64,000 nt of DNA from Candidatus Babeliales bacterium (lineage in GTDB: Bacteria; Babelota; Babeliae; Babelales; RVW-14), in the NCBI GenBank assembly GCA_019746485.1, contig JAIERW010000001.1:6917-70916 (forward strand), in the 5' to 3' direction. This document shows, in pieces, positions 26,839 through 36,014 of the stretch. The position numbers and the translations under genes were made by a program. The notes beneath the pieces are model-generated. The model saw only the letters and a list, made by a program, of their open reading frames with translations, was not told the origin of the DNA and searched no databases. The stretch's first letter is position 1; every line of letters starts with the position of its first letter.

Positions 26839-28134
26839 ATGCTTAGTTCTATCAAGCAGGCCCTGTGGGGCAAATTAACAGGCGAAGAGTTTAAACGGTT
26901 CGGTATTTTATCGCTCACCCTGCTGCTCATTTTAGGCACTTACTGGCTCATGAAGCCACTCAAAGACGCGCTCTTTGCAAAAATGGTGGGGCCCGATTTT
27001 TATCCGTACGTAAAAATTCTTTCCTTCTGGTTTACCATCCCGCTGATTCTGCTCTATTCCAAAGCGGTCGACCTGTTTGAAAAGCAAAATTTGTTTTATA
27101 TCTTTTCGGCATTTTACGGCTCGCTCTTTTTCATTATCGCGCTGTTGCTTGCCCACCCAACCATTGGCCTTGCCAACACCACGCCAAGCAAGTACCGCAT
27201 TTTGGGCTGGGCGCTCTACGTAACCATTGAAACTTTTGGCTCACTCATGGTTGCCCTTTTTTGGGCCTTTGTTGCAAGTTCCACCAACACCGACTCTGCA
27301 AAGCGAGGCTATGCCCTAATTATCGCTGGCGCCCAAATTGGGACCATTGCCGGACCCTACATTGCCCTGAGCGCCCCAACCCTGGGTATCCCGCTCCTCA
27401 TGTTTTGTATTTGTGGTGGCGTAGCCCTGGTTCCGGTCTTGATTAAAATTTTCACACATTTCAACCCACGCGCTGCCGAGCATCATGCACCATCGCTTAA
27501 AACGGGGCCCATTGAAGGGCTTAAGCTTTTGCTCACCAGACCTTACCTGCTGGGCGTGATGGGCGTTTCGGTTTTGTACGATATTGTTGCCACTATTCTT
27601 GAATTCCAAATGGTCTCACTAGCCAACTCACAGTTTCATTCAACCGAACACTTGGCACGTTTCTTGAGTTACTTTGGTTTAATGACCAACGGCTCAGCGT
27701 TACTCATCTCGCTAATCGGTACCAGCTTTTTGGTGCGCCGCTTTGGGCTGACTTTCTGCTTGGTTATCTACCCCGTTATTACTGCGATTGCCCTGCTCCA
27801 CATTTTATGGATACCCGCTTTGTACGTTGTAGTTGGCGCGCTGGTGGTAATAAAAAGTTTGAATTATGCACTCAATAACCCGTGCAAAGAAATGCTCTAC
27901 ATTCCAACGAGCCGCGATATTAAATTTAAAGCGAAGAGTTGGATTGATATGTTTGGTAACCGTTCGGCCAAAGCTGGCGGTGGTTTCTTGAGCACCTTTT
28001 TTACACAAGCGCATGAGCTGATTTTTTACGGCCCACTGCTTTCGCTTGGTGTAGTCGGCGTTTGGATTATTATTGCACTGTACACGGGCACAACGCATCG
28101 TGCGCTTGAAAAGAGTAATCGAACGATTGAATAA
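26839..28134 (+). CDS. Nucleotide (ATP/ADP) translocase family transporter, paralog 3
   Basis: Start at ATG 26839 (MLSSIKQALWG) with AAGGAG six nt upstream. It is close to paralog 2: LFWAFVASSTNTDSAKRGYALIIAGAQIGT and NNPCKEMLYIPTSRDIKFKAKSWIDMFG. Confidence 0.85.
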   Translation: MLSSIKQALWGKLTGEEFKRFGILSLTLLLILGTYWLMKPLKDALFAKMVGPDFYPYVKILSFWFTIPLILLYSKAVDLFEKQNLFYIFSAFYGSLFFIIALLLAHPTIGLANTTPSKYRILGWALYVTIETFGSLMVALFWAFVASSTNTDSAKRGYALIIAGAQIGTIAGPYIALSAPTLGIPLLMFCICGGVALVPVLIKIFTHFNPRAAEHHAPSLKTGPIEGLKLLLTRPYLLGVMGVSVLYDIVATILEFQMVSLANSQFHSTEHLARFLSYFGLMTNGSALLISLIGTSFLVRRFGLTFCLVIYPVITAIALLHILWIPALYVVVGALVVIKSLNYALNNPCKEMLYIPTSRDIKFKAKSWIDMFGNRSAKAGGGFLSTFFTQAHELIFYGPLLSLGVVGVWIIIALYTGTTHRALEKSNRTIE

Positions 28135-28206
28135 TTGTTGCTTTGGCAGCAATTTTATGAAATTATGAAATAAGTAATTCATCAATTTACAAAAGTACGG
28201 AATATC

Positions 28207-28527
28207 ATGAGAAACCAAAAGATTATCGATGAGGCGCGCGACCGCTTAATCAAAGCATACGACCCACTAGCAATTTATTTATTTGGTTCGTATGCCTGGG
28301 GCACGCCAACTGAAGATAGTGATCTGGACTTGCTGATTGTTGTCGAGAAGTCTGATGAAAAATCGTTCAAACGCCCCATTATTGGCCAACGAGCACTCTT
28401 TGGGCTGGGAGTTTCCAAGGACCTTATTGTCCAAACCAAAGAAGAATTTGAAAAATACTCACAAGATATAACGACACTTTGCTATAAAATAAAAAAAGAT
28501 GGCGAGTTAATTTATGCAAAGTCATGA
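28207..28527 (+). CDS. Nucleotidyltransferase-domain protein (MNT-type antitoxin)
   Basis: Minimal NTase signature LFGSYAWGTPTEDSDLDLLIVV. The 106-aa product overlaps the downstream HEPN gene by 14 nt. Confidence 0.85.
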   Translation: MRNQKIIDEARDRLIKAYDPLAIYLFGSYAWGTPTEDSDLDLLIVVEKSDEKSFKRPIIGQRALFGLGVSKDLIVQTKEEFEKYSQDITTLCYKIKKDGELIYAKS

Positions 28528-28891
28528 ATTATGGCTAAAAATAGCCACAGAAGATCTAAAGGCTGCCTACGGGTTACTTGATCTTGAGCTTTACTCTGCA
28601 GTAACTTATCATTGCCAACAGTCGGCTGAAAAAGCACTAAAAGCTTATCTCGCATTCAAAAAAAACCCTATCATCAAATCACATGACCTTCCGCAACTAA
28701 TTGAATATTGCATGAAATTCGATAAAACATTTGAAACAATTCTTGATGCAGCCGATATCTTGAATCCATTATCCACAAGATTTCGATACCCTTCAGAATT
28801 TGAAGTTCCAGATTTTGAAGACGCATACGAAGTAATCAAACTTGCTGAAAGTGTTTTAACATTTGCTTCCAAAAAAATAACTGTGAAATAA
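28514..28891 (+). CDS. HEPN-domain protein (toxin partner of MNT)
   Basis: HEPN pattern AEKALKAYL..KSHDLPQLIEYC and a distal RFRYP. Length 125 aa. Confidence 0.85.
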   Translation: MQSHELWLKIATEDLKAAYGLLDLELYSAVTYHCQQSAEKALKAYLAFKKNPIIKSHDLPQLIEYCMKFDKTFETILDAADILNPLSTRFRYPSEFEVPDFEDAYEVIKLAESVLTFASKKITVK

Positions 28892-28966
28892 CAAAAAACT
28901 TTTGGTTTTGATTACCCATTTTTTTTGCTATCCTGACCCGCATCAATCACCCTTTTTTTCAGGATA

Positions 28967-31423
28967 ATGTTGGTCACAATGGATTACAAAAAACAGTTTA
29001 ATCATTTCATAAGCAAAGAGCTCAATAAACCACAGCAAGAAGCGGCAACGCAAAAGTCTGGTGCACTGCTGGTTATTGCCGGCGCAGGCTCAGGCAAAAC
29101 GCGCGTTATTACCGCTCGCATTGCCAATTTAATTATTAACGAGAATGTAAGCCCAAAGGCCATTACCGCGCTCACATTTACCAACAAAGCTGCCGAAGAA
29201 ATGAAAGAGCGCTTACACAAATTTTTAGACGGCAACCACCAACTTCCCTTTGTTGGCACGTTCCACTCGTACTGCCTGCTGCTCTTGCGCACCAACCTGC
29301 ATTATCTTCCAGCACCGTACTTTTCAATTCTTGATGGTGACGACCAACTCAGCATCGTAAAACAAATTATAAAAAAAGGTGCTCTTGAAAAGCAGATTAC
29401 GCCCTCGCAAATTATGTACCAGCTGTCGCAATATAAAAATAAGTATTTCATGAATCCACAAGAGGCTGAAAACACAGTCAGTCCGCTCATAAAAGAAATT
29501 TATCATGCGTACGAAGCTGAAAAAACAGCCGCTCACAGCTTTGATTTTGACGATTTGATTTTGCAAGTCTTAAAACTATTTAGAACCAACAAAACTTTTA
29601 AGCGCGATTTTCAGGCAAAAATTAAGCACGTACTGGTTGACGAATATCAAGACACCAGCCATACGCAGCACGAGCTGCTGCGGCAAATGGGGCTTGATGA
29701 TGACAAAAAATTTATTCTAGATTCACTGTGCGCCGTGGGCGATGAAGACCAATCAATTTATTCCTGGCGCGGAGCAACGGTGACCAACATGCTTAAAATT
29801 AAGCAGGAGTTTGCGCCAGTAACCACCGTTAAAATTGAACAGAACTACCGCTCCGTCACACCTATTTTAGAAACTGCTAATCATGTGATTCAGCACAACA
29901 CGCAGCGCAACCCTAAAAAATTGTGGTCTGAAAAGCAGGGCAAAAATAGAATTTTATTACTAACCTGCCGCTCGGGCGAGCAAGAGGCAGACGCCGTTGC
30001 GATTTTATTAAAAAATTTACCAGAAAACAAAAAACTGAGTAACGTGGCACTATTGTACCGCACGCACTATCAATCGCGCTCGTTGGAAGAATCGTTAATT
30101 TACCACGCTATCCCCTACCGCATTATTGGCGGTATCCGTTTTTATGAGCGCAAAGAAATTAAAGACGTTTTGGCATACCTGCGCTTGATGGTCAACCCGT
30201 TCGACCGCATCAGCCTGCTGCGCATTGTTAACTATCCGCTACGCGGGCTGGGGCAAAAGTTTGAAGAACAGCTGATGGAAGCCTGGCAGCAAAACCCACT
30301 ACTCGACTTTCAGCAACTGATTACTCATTTAATTTCAAGCGAAGGCGTTAGCTCAGCAAAACAGCTGGCACTCAAACAATTTTTGGCAATTTATACAACC
30401 GCACCTAAAAACGGCTCGCCTTCAGATTTGATAGATCATGTGCTGACCAAAATTGATTATCTTAATTATTTGCGCACCACGCTGGACGCACAAGAGGCTG
30501 ATACTAAAATTGAAAACGTACGCGAATTGGTGCAATCAATTGCTACGTTTGAAAAGAATTTTAGCGGCTCACACGAATCACTTAACCCCAACGACCCGTT
30601 TGCCAGCAACTCAAACGCACCAACGCTAGAAAACTTTTTGTACGAAGTTACGCTGATGCAAGAAAAAAGTGACAACGAAAATCGCGATGACCAAGTCTGT
30701 TTAATGACGCTGCACGGATCTAAAGGCCTTGAGTTTGATATGGTTATTATTACCGGCCTTGAAGAAGAAATGCTGCCGAGCGGCAAAGCGCTCAACACCA
30801 ACGAAGAGCTTGAAGAAGAGCGACGCCTGTTTTATGTGGGCATTACGCGGGCAGAAGAACGCTTGGTACTCACACACGCTGATTACCGCAACCGCTTTGG
30901 CACCATTGTACACCAAATTCCATCACGCTTTTTGTCTGAGCTTAAGCGCCCGCTGGTTCAAGAGTTTAACGCGAGCAATGCTCATGCAACGCAACTTAAA
31001 ACGCAGTTTAGACGCTGGCTTGGGCTTTCTACCCAGTTTGACCAAAATATTCTAACATTTACCAACTTTATCCCACCCGACCGGCTGAGCACAAAAAATC
31101 AAACAGCGACTACTACGGCTCACGAAAATCGTAGGACCTCTATGCGTAAAACGGCAGCCGTGCACAAAGCACCAGCTTCGTACAAATCCGCATACAACTC
31201 CGTTCGCCCTGAGGAGCCGCGCGCAAGCGGGCGTCTCGAAGGGTCAGCACACAAAGCAGCTCCAACCAGCGAGTGGTACAAAAACCAGCTGGTTGAGCAC
31301 AGTAAGTTTGGCAAAGGGATTGTAACGCATGTTGAAAAGGCCGATGGCGACGCCTATCACATTACCGCCATTTTTCAATCTGGACCTAAAAAGATTCTTT
31401 CCAGCTTCTTGAAGAAGGGCTAA
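28967..31423 (+). CDS. uvrD: UvrD/PcrA-family ATP-dependent DNA helicase
   Basis: Motif I AGAGSGKT, motif II VDEYQDTS, QNYRS, VGITRAEERL, and a C-terminal FGKGIV Tudor-like tail. The start could be ATG 28967 or 28979. Confidence 0.9.
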   Translation: MLVTMDYKKQFNHFISKELNKPQQEAATQKSGALLVIAGAGSGKTRVITARIANLIINENVSPKAITALTFTNKAAEEMKERLHKFLDGNHQLPFVGTFHSYCLLLLRTNLHYLPAPYFSILDGDDQLSIVKQIIKKGALEKQITPSQIMYQLSQYKNKYFMNPQEAENTVSPLIKEIYHAYEAEKTAAHSFDFDDLILQVLKLFRTNKTFKRDFQAKIKHVLVDEYQDTSHTQHELLRQMGLDDDKKFILDSLCAVGDEDQSIYSWRGATVTNMLKIKQEFAPVTTVKIEQNYRSVTPILETANHVIQHNTQRNPKKLWSEKQGKNRILLLTCRSGEQEADAVAILLKNLPENKKLSNVALLYRTHYQSRSLEESLIYHAIPYRIIGGIRFYERKEIKDVLAYLRLMVNPFDRISLLRIVNYPLRGLGQKFEEQLMEAWQQNPLLDFQQLITHLISSEGVSSAKQLALKQFLAIYTTAPKNGSPSDLIDHVLTKIDYLNYLRTTLDAQEADTKIENVRELVQSIATFEKNFSGSHESLNPNDPFASNSNAPTLENFLYEVTLMQEKSDNENRDDQVCLMTLHGSKGLEFDMVIITGLEEEMLPSGKALNTNEELEEERRLFYVGITRAEERLVLTHADYRNRFGTIVHQIPSRFLSELKRPLVQEFNASNAHATQLKTQFRRWLGLSTQFDQNILTFTNFIPPDRLSTKNQTATTTAHENRRTSMRKTAAVHKAPASYKSAYNSVRPEEPRASGRLEGSAHKAAPTSEWYKNQLVEHSKFGKGIVTHVEKADGDAYHITAIFQSGPKKILSSFLKKG

Positions 31424-31530
31424 AAAAATCCCATTTGAAACGAATAAAAGCCTTTGCAAACCAGCCAAAAGTACCTTACCATTAACTTATTGGGAAAACT
31501 TTTAGGGAACCACTTTTTGGGGGAATTTTT

Positions 31531-32259
31531 ATGAACCGTACGTTTATTATGTCGCTTGCGGCAATGACATTGTTTAGCTTTTCTCTGGCAGCACACGAAA
31601 GCAGAAAAACCATACGCTCCTTCGATGCAAGCTGGAAGCTTATATTCGAAGAAGCCCTTAAAAAGCATGCTTCCTCCTGGAAACTTGTAAAAGCAATACG
31701 AGCACATGATAATAAACAACTATCCCAGCTTCTTAAAAATCCAACCATCAACGTAAATCCAATCGTCATGAAGGGAAGTGAAGGTTTCGAAACACAATTG
31801 CACCCACTCAATGAAGCAATTTCCTGCAACAATATTGAAGCAGTTAAACTCTTGCTTGCCCACACCGTCACGCTTGGTACAACAAAAAAAGACGCTGATG
31901 GCAATTTGATGAGCCATTATTTCGATGTCAAAGACATCGATGTTAATGCCCCTGGCTATAACGGCCTTACGCCACTGCACACTGCAGTTGGGTATGAAGC
32001 AGTTGACTGCATAAAGCTTTTGCTTGCACACAAAGACATTAAACTGATTGATCAAGACCTTATCGACTTGGTACAACAAGAACTTGATCTGAGAAATAAA
32101 GAAGCTAAACGAGCTCTTGAAATTTGGATGCTCTTGTCTGAACATGGGCAAATTTTAGATGGCCCTGGCGGCATGGGTCCCAACTACGATTGGCAAGGAA
32201 TTTTAATTGGCCCCGACACACTACCGCATTGTCCTTGCTGCACCACAACCATTGCGTAA
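31531..32259 (+). CDS. Secreted ankyrin-repeat protein with Cys-rich C-terminus
   Basis: Signal peptide MNRTFIMSLAAMTLFSFSLAA. ANK motifs FETQLHPLNEAISCNNIEAVKLLLAH and GLTPLHTAVGYEAVDCIKLLLAHKDI. It ends in HCPCCTTTIA. Confidence 0.85.
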   Translation: MNRTFIMSLAAMTLFSFSLAAHESRKTIRSFDASWKLIFEEALKKHASSWKLVKAIRAHDNKQLSQLLKNPTINVNPIVMKGSEGFETQLHPLNEAISCNNIEAVKLLLAHTVTLGTTKKDADGNLMSHYFDVKDIDVNAPGYNGLTPLHTAVGYEAVDCIKLLLAHKDIKLIDQDLIDLVQQELDLRNKEAKRALEIWMLLSEHGQILDGPGGMGPNYDWQGILIGPDTLPHCPCCTTTIA

Positions 32260-32281
32260 ATAACTTGGCTACAAAAAGTTT

Positions 32282-32314
32282 GAGGGGCACGAAAAATCGT
32301 GCCTCTCTTTTTTT
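32282..32314. terminator. Bidirectional terminator between convergent ANK genes
   Basis: Stem gaggggcacga / tcgtgcctctc (7 perfect bp, extendable with G-U pairs), loop aaaa, then a T-run at 32308..32314. Confidence 0.6.
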
Positions 32315-32320
32315 AACTAA

Positions 32321-35080
32321 TTACAACCCCGCCAACTCACTTGCCAACGTTACCAATTTTGCTTTGAGTGCTTCAAGCGCTTGCGATAAGTTTTGCAACG
32401 AGATAAAGCCCGCAAGCTGCTCAGGTGTTCCTTGAAAATCAATAGTACCACTAGGATTTTGTAGTTTTGCTACCGCGTTTTTATCTGCACCTTTTGTAAT
32501 CAGCAATTGAGCAAACCCAGATTTAGCTATCATTGCCAAATGAAGCGGTGTCAGATCTCCTTGCGCTTTTGCATTTACATCGGCACCTTTACTCAACAAT
32601 AAATTGACAATAGCTACATGCTCAGAATTCTTTGGATCAAAATCATAGATAGCATAATGAAGAGGAGTTGCTTGCTGGTCCGCATCTTGTACAGCCAAGG
32701 CAACCGCAGCATTTTTTGACGCATCAAGCAAAACCTGCCACACAGCAAGGCTCAGATTTGGATTTTTTACAGCTTTATGAAAAGCATTTTTATTACTTGG
32801 CGGATATCCAGAAGAAGAAATGGTATCAATCTGGTCCACATCAGCACCAGCATCAATAAAAGCTTTAATTTCTTGCTCAGTTGGCGTTAAATAAGCAAGC
32901 GCATGGTGCAACTGTTGTGATGGCGATAAACCAAAACCTGGTGAAAACGATAAAAGCGGAGCACCATGAAATAGAGCTGCTTGTGATTTCAGTAAATCAA
33001 CAATATCCTGTTTTCCATTAATAAAAGCTAAATCTTCAGGAGTTTGACAAGCGAGATTAACCGCTTTAACATCAGATCCTGCCTTCAACAACGCTTCAAC
33101 TTTTTCTTTCGTTCCAAAACCTGCTGCAACATGAAGCGGGGTAAGCATATCTTTATCAACGGCACCAATACTCGCACCACGATCCAGCAAGAGCTGCACA
33201 ATTTCAAGATCAACATTACCCGCACACGCATAATGAAGCGGCGTGCGGTTAAACACATCTGCAAAATTACTATCAGCACCATCATCAAGAAGTTTTTCTA
33301 TTGCTGCTTTTGTTGGAGAGGCTCCAGAATTGGCCAACACACGCAATAATTCTTTTGATGCAGGCATTGTAAGTACAGAAATAACATCGAGACGATTCAT
33401 ATTTTTAGCTATTACCAGAGGAGTTTCTCCTGCACCATTTTGTAAGCCAGCATCCGCACCCGCCTCTAACAAGCGACCAACTATGTCTCCATGCCCCCAC
33501 CACGCAGCAGAATGCAGTGGCGCATTTCCCGTTGTATCTTTAAAATTTACATTCGCACCAAAAGCAATAAGTCGCTCAATAAAAATTTTGTGTGGCGGGT
33601 CCTGTTTAACAAACTCACACAACTTTGCTCCCAATGCATCACAATCATTTTTATTTAAGCTTGCATCAAAAACCTCAACCTCTTCAAATAAAGCGTTAAT
33701 TTTTTGATGTTCTTCAGACTTTGCTTGAAGTTGATTGGCATCAAGCAAAGTCGACATATTTTTTCCCCAATCTGCAGCCGCTGCCTCAGCAAATTGTTTG
33801 GGGGTGCCGCTTACCAGAACGGCAGAAGTACTGGCACCCGAGATCATATCTTGTTCATACAAGGTGCCCACCAACGAGATATCCGCACCGTACAAAAGCA
33901 AAGAAGATATCAATTGCCCATTTAGACGTACAGCTGCTTTATGAAGTAGCGTAAGTCCGTCACCATCTTGCAAATTAATGTTAGCTCCAAATTTAAGCAA
34001 CGCGTTAACAAATTCAAAAGCACCTCGCTCTAACACCAAAAAAAGAGGTGTCTCGTCTTCATTATTTTTCATTTCAAGCAGATCTTTGTCTTTAGTAAGC
34101 AACCTATTAACCTTTTCGATGGAGCCATATGATACTGCCAGATGCAATGGCGTCATACCAAATTGATCCTTTACCTTAAGATTTGCTCCAGGAGCATCAA
34201 GCAACAGTTGCAGCATTGCAGGAGTAACATTATTTCTTACTGCTGCGTAATGAAAAACCGTAACGCCAGTATTGGTAAAATGCACATTCACATCAGCACC
34301 AGCAGCAAGAAAACCTTTTATTTGATCATACGTTGGCGGATTATTATCTGCATCTTCGAGCGCAAACAACAATCCTTCTGAAGCATTTTTTGGCACTCGC
34401 GCAAGTGCCGGTGCACCTGAGCCCGGCATTGGCCCAGATGGAGCTCCAGGCGCCAATCCAGCACCCGCGGCGGATCCTGAACCTGAGCCCGAACCAGACA
34501 AAACTCCCGCTCCTGATTTTGCCAAAGACTGCGCCAAAAGCCCTTTTATTTTTTCATATCTTGGATAAAGCTTTGGAATAGCTTTCTTCATCGCATCTTC
34601 GCCACCATAACCTGCAGCTCTATCTTCCACAATTTCCAGCGGGGTTTTCAAAACAACGGTACCACCAGAAGCCACCTGAGCTTGTGCGGCAACGTCAGCT
34701 CCTTTTTTCAACAACCAATCTACAAAAACTGGATTAAGACCTTCGGCTGCTTCATGAAGCGGTGTCTTACCGTATTTGTCCGGTACGTTAACATTGGCTT
34801 CTGCGTTCAAAAGCAAGCGAACTATCTCTTGATTATAAAAATCAGTATCCATACGCGGAACGGCACAAAGAAGCGCCGTGCGACCGAGACTAGAATCTTG
34901 CCAATTTAAGTTAATGCCGTGAGTTTCAACCAGGGCTTTTATTTTATCAACCGGTTCTTCGCCAGTCACTGCATTTACCAACTCTTTTCCCAACTCATCA
35001 GGCGTTTTTGCCGCCCCAAAAGCGGTACCCTGCGCACCCAGCGCCAACACAATCACCAACCACAATTTTACTATCTTCAT
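32321..35080 (-). CDS. Giant secreted ankyrin-repeat protein (919 aa), cassette-family member A
   Basis: ATG 35080 with GGGAG six nt upstream; the track starts at GTG 35083. Signal peptide MKIVKLWLVIVLALGAQGTAFGAAKTPDELGKEL. It has more than 15 ANK units and a Gly/Ser/Ala/Pro linker. The C-terminus LSQALEALKAKLVTLASELAGL is related to the tails of the two genes on its higher-coordinate side. Confidence 0.9.
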   Translation of the reverse strand: MKIVKLWLVIVLALGAQGTAFGAAKTPDELGKELVNAVTGEEPVDKIKALVETHGINLNWQDSSLGRTALLCAVPRMDTDFYNQEIVRLLLNAEANVNVPDKYGKTPLHEAAEGLNPVFVDWLLKKGADVAAQAQVASGGTVVLKTPLEIVEDRAAGYGGEDAMKKAIPKLYPRYEKIKGLLAQSLAKSGAGVLSGSGSGSGSAAGAGLAPGAPSGPMPGSGAPALARVPKNASEGLLFALEDADNNPPTYDQIKGFLAAGADVNVHFTNTGVTVFHYAAVRNNVTPAMLQLLLDAPGANLKVKDQFGMTPLHLAVSYGSIEKVNRLLTKDKDLLEMKNNEDETPLFLVLERGAFEFVNALLKFGANINLQDGDGLTLLHKAAVRLNGQLISSLLLYGADISLVGTLYEQDMISGASTSAVLVSGTPKQFAEAAAADWGKNMSTLLDANQLQAKSEEHQKINALFEEVEVFDASLNKNDCDALGAKLCEFVKQDPPHKIFIERLIAFGANVNFKDTTGNAPLHSAAWWGHGDIVGRLLEAGADAGLQNGAGETPLVIAKNMNRLDVISVLTMPASKELLRVLANSGASPTKAAIEKLLDDGADSNFADVFNRTPLHYACAGNVDLEIVQLLLDRGASIGAVDKDMLTPLHVAAGFGTKEKVEALLKAGSDVKAVNLACQTPEDLAFINGKQDIVDLLKSQAALFHGAPLLSFSPGFGLSPSQQLHHALAYLTPTEQEIKAFIDAGADVDQIDTISSSGYPPSNKNAFHKAVKNPNLSLAVWQVLLDASKNAAVALAVQDADQQATPLHYAIYDFDPKNSEHVAIVNLLLSKGADVNAKAQGDLTPLHLAMIAKSGFAQLLITKGADKNAVAKLQNPSGTIDFQGTPEQLAGFISLQNLSQALEALKAKLVTLASELAGL

Positions 35081-35161
35081 CACGCACTCCCTCTTTTTGA
35101 TTTTTCAACGTCAACATAAACCAACATATCTACCAGAGTGGCACAATCAGGAACCAAAAGG

Positions 35162-35191
35162 GAAGAAGAAGAAGAAGAAGAAGAAGAAGAA
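35162..35191. repeat. (GAA)10 / (TTC)10 microsatellite upstream of gene 32321..35080
   Basis: Ten perfect GAA units counted directly. The tract starts 81 nt upstream of the ATG. Confidence 0.95.
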
Positions 35192-35235
35192 GCCTCTCGG
35201 TACGCCCAAGGGGCACTCGAGATGAGCGGGAAAAA

Positions 35236-35285
35236 GGGCTTTCAAGCATTAACAACTCGAAAGCCCTTCTAAAATTTAGTTAAGC
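35236..35285 (-). terminator. Terminator block copy 1 (50-nt repeat, identical to 35960..36009)
   Basis: gggctttc (35236..35243) pairs with gaaagccc (35259..35266) around a 15-nt loop. On the minus strand the hairpin is followed by TTTTT. The block sits immediately 3' of gene 35291..35869. Confidence 0.7.
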
Positions 35286-35290
35286 GTTTT

Positions 35291-35869
35291 TTATGGCACT
35301 AGTACTTGCAGCACACCCGCCAACATTGCCAACTTTGCTTTAAGTGCATTCAAAGTTTTTTTTAATTTTTTAAGCGATGTACGGATAACTATTGGCATTG
35401 AAGGACCACCCACAGAAGCGTGTTTGTTTAATAAATCGCGAACACTTTTGAATTGAGAGGTTGCTTTCTCACTTTCCCATTTTGCATCTGCATCAAGACC
35501 ATCAAACTCTTGGTATGAAAGATCGGGAATACCTCCTTTTCCAGCTTCTAATAATGCCTTCTGCACATCTTCCCCAAAACTTAGCGCCATGGAAAAAGCA
35601 AGCGGCGTACAATTTTTATACTCAACAAATCCAAAGCGGCATGTATATTTTTTGAACAAACTTTCTGCTGGTACTGTTGCAAGAAAAGCAAGAAACACAG
35701 GCATTCCTTTATCACCAGTCATAGTTACATAATCAGGATTGCTCCTGAGCTCAGCAAGTTTTTTACACAACTCTTTCCCCAACTCATCAGGCGTTTTTGC
35801 CGCACCAAAAACCATGCCCTGCGCACCCAGCATCAGCACAACAGCCAACCACAATTTTGCAATCTTCAT
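35291..35869 (-). CDS. Secreted protein, cassette-family member B (N-module of A, C-module of C)
   Basis: MKIAKLWLAVVLMLGAQGMVFGAAKTPDELGKEL shares the signal peptide and first motif with the 919-aa gene. One degenerate ANK-like unit (CTPLAFSMALSFGEDVQKALLEAG). C-terminus LKKLKKTLNALKAKLAMLAGVLQVLVP. Confidence 0.8.
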   Translation of the reverse strand: MKIAKLWLAVVLMLGAQGMVFGAAKTPDELGKELCKKLAELRSNPDYVTMTGDKGMPVFLAFLATVPAESLFKKYTCRFGFVEYKNCTPLAFSMALSFGEDVQKALLEAGKGGIPDLSYQEFDGLDADAKWESEKATSQFKSVRDLLNKHASVGGPSMPIVIRTSLKKLKKTLNALKAKLAMLAGVLQVLVP

Positions 35870-35944
35870 CACACACTCCCTCTTTTTTATTTTTCAACAC
35901 AAGCACACATGCCAGCAAGGCTAGCAAACTGAAAACCAAAAAGA

Positions 35945-35959
35945 GAAGAAGAAGAAGAA
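35945..35959. repeat. (GAA)5 / (TTC)5 microsatellite upstream of gene 35291..35869
   Basis: Five perfect GAA units. The tract starts 75 nt upstream of the ATG and abuts terminator copy 2. Confidence 0.9.
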
Positions 35960-36009
35960 GGGCTTTCAAGCATTAACAACTCGAAAGCCCTTCTAAAATT
36001 TAGTTAAGC
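35960..36009 (-). terminator. Terminator block copy 2 (identical 50-nt repeat)
   Basis: Same sequence as copy 1: gggctttcaagcattaacaactcgaaagcccttctaaaatttagttaagc. On the minus strand it is followed by the T-rich (TTC)5 tract. Confidence 0.65.
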
Positions 36010-36014
36010 AATTT

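Noticed and set aside
28967-31423. UvrD-family helicase adjacent to HEPN/MNT, considered as part of a helicase-containing defence system.
   Set aside because: The helicase has the full housekeeping UvrD/PcrA motif set and the C-terminal Tudor-like tail. It is separated from the TA pair by its own intergenic region. There is no nuclease or other defence partner.
32227-32256. Cys-rich C-terminus HCPCCTTTIA of ANK protein 31531..32259, considered as a host prenylation (CaaX or Rab-type CC/CXC) motif.
   Set aside because: The cysteines sit at positions -6, -7 and -9 from the end. CaaX needs Cys at -4, and Rab motifs need Cys within the last 2-3 residues. The spacing does not fit.
35787-35969. 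60-aa ORF that reads the (TTC)5 tract as poly-Leu (MKALLLLLLFLVF...) and could look like a signal peptide or uORF.
   Set aside because: It has a TTG start inside the terminator hairpin and no ribosome-binding site. It runs out of frame into the real start of 35291..35869. The equivalent tracts at the other two loci are not in comparable ORFs.
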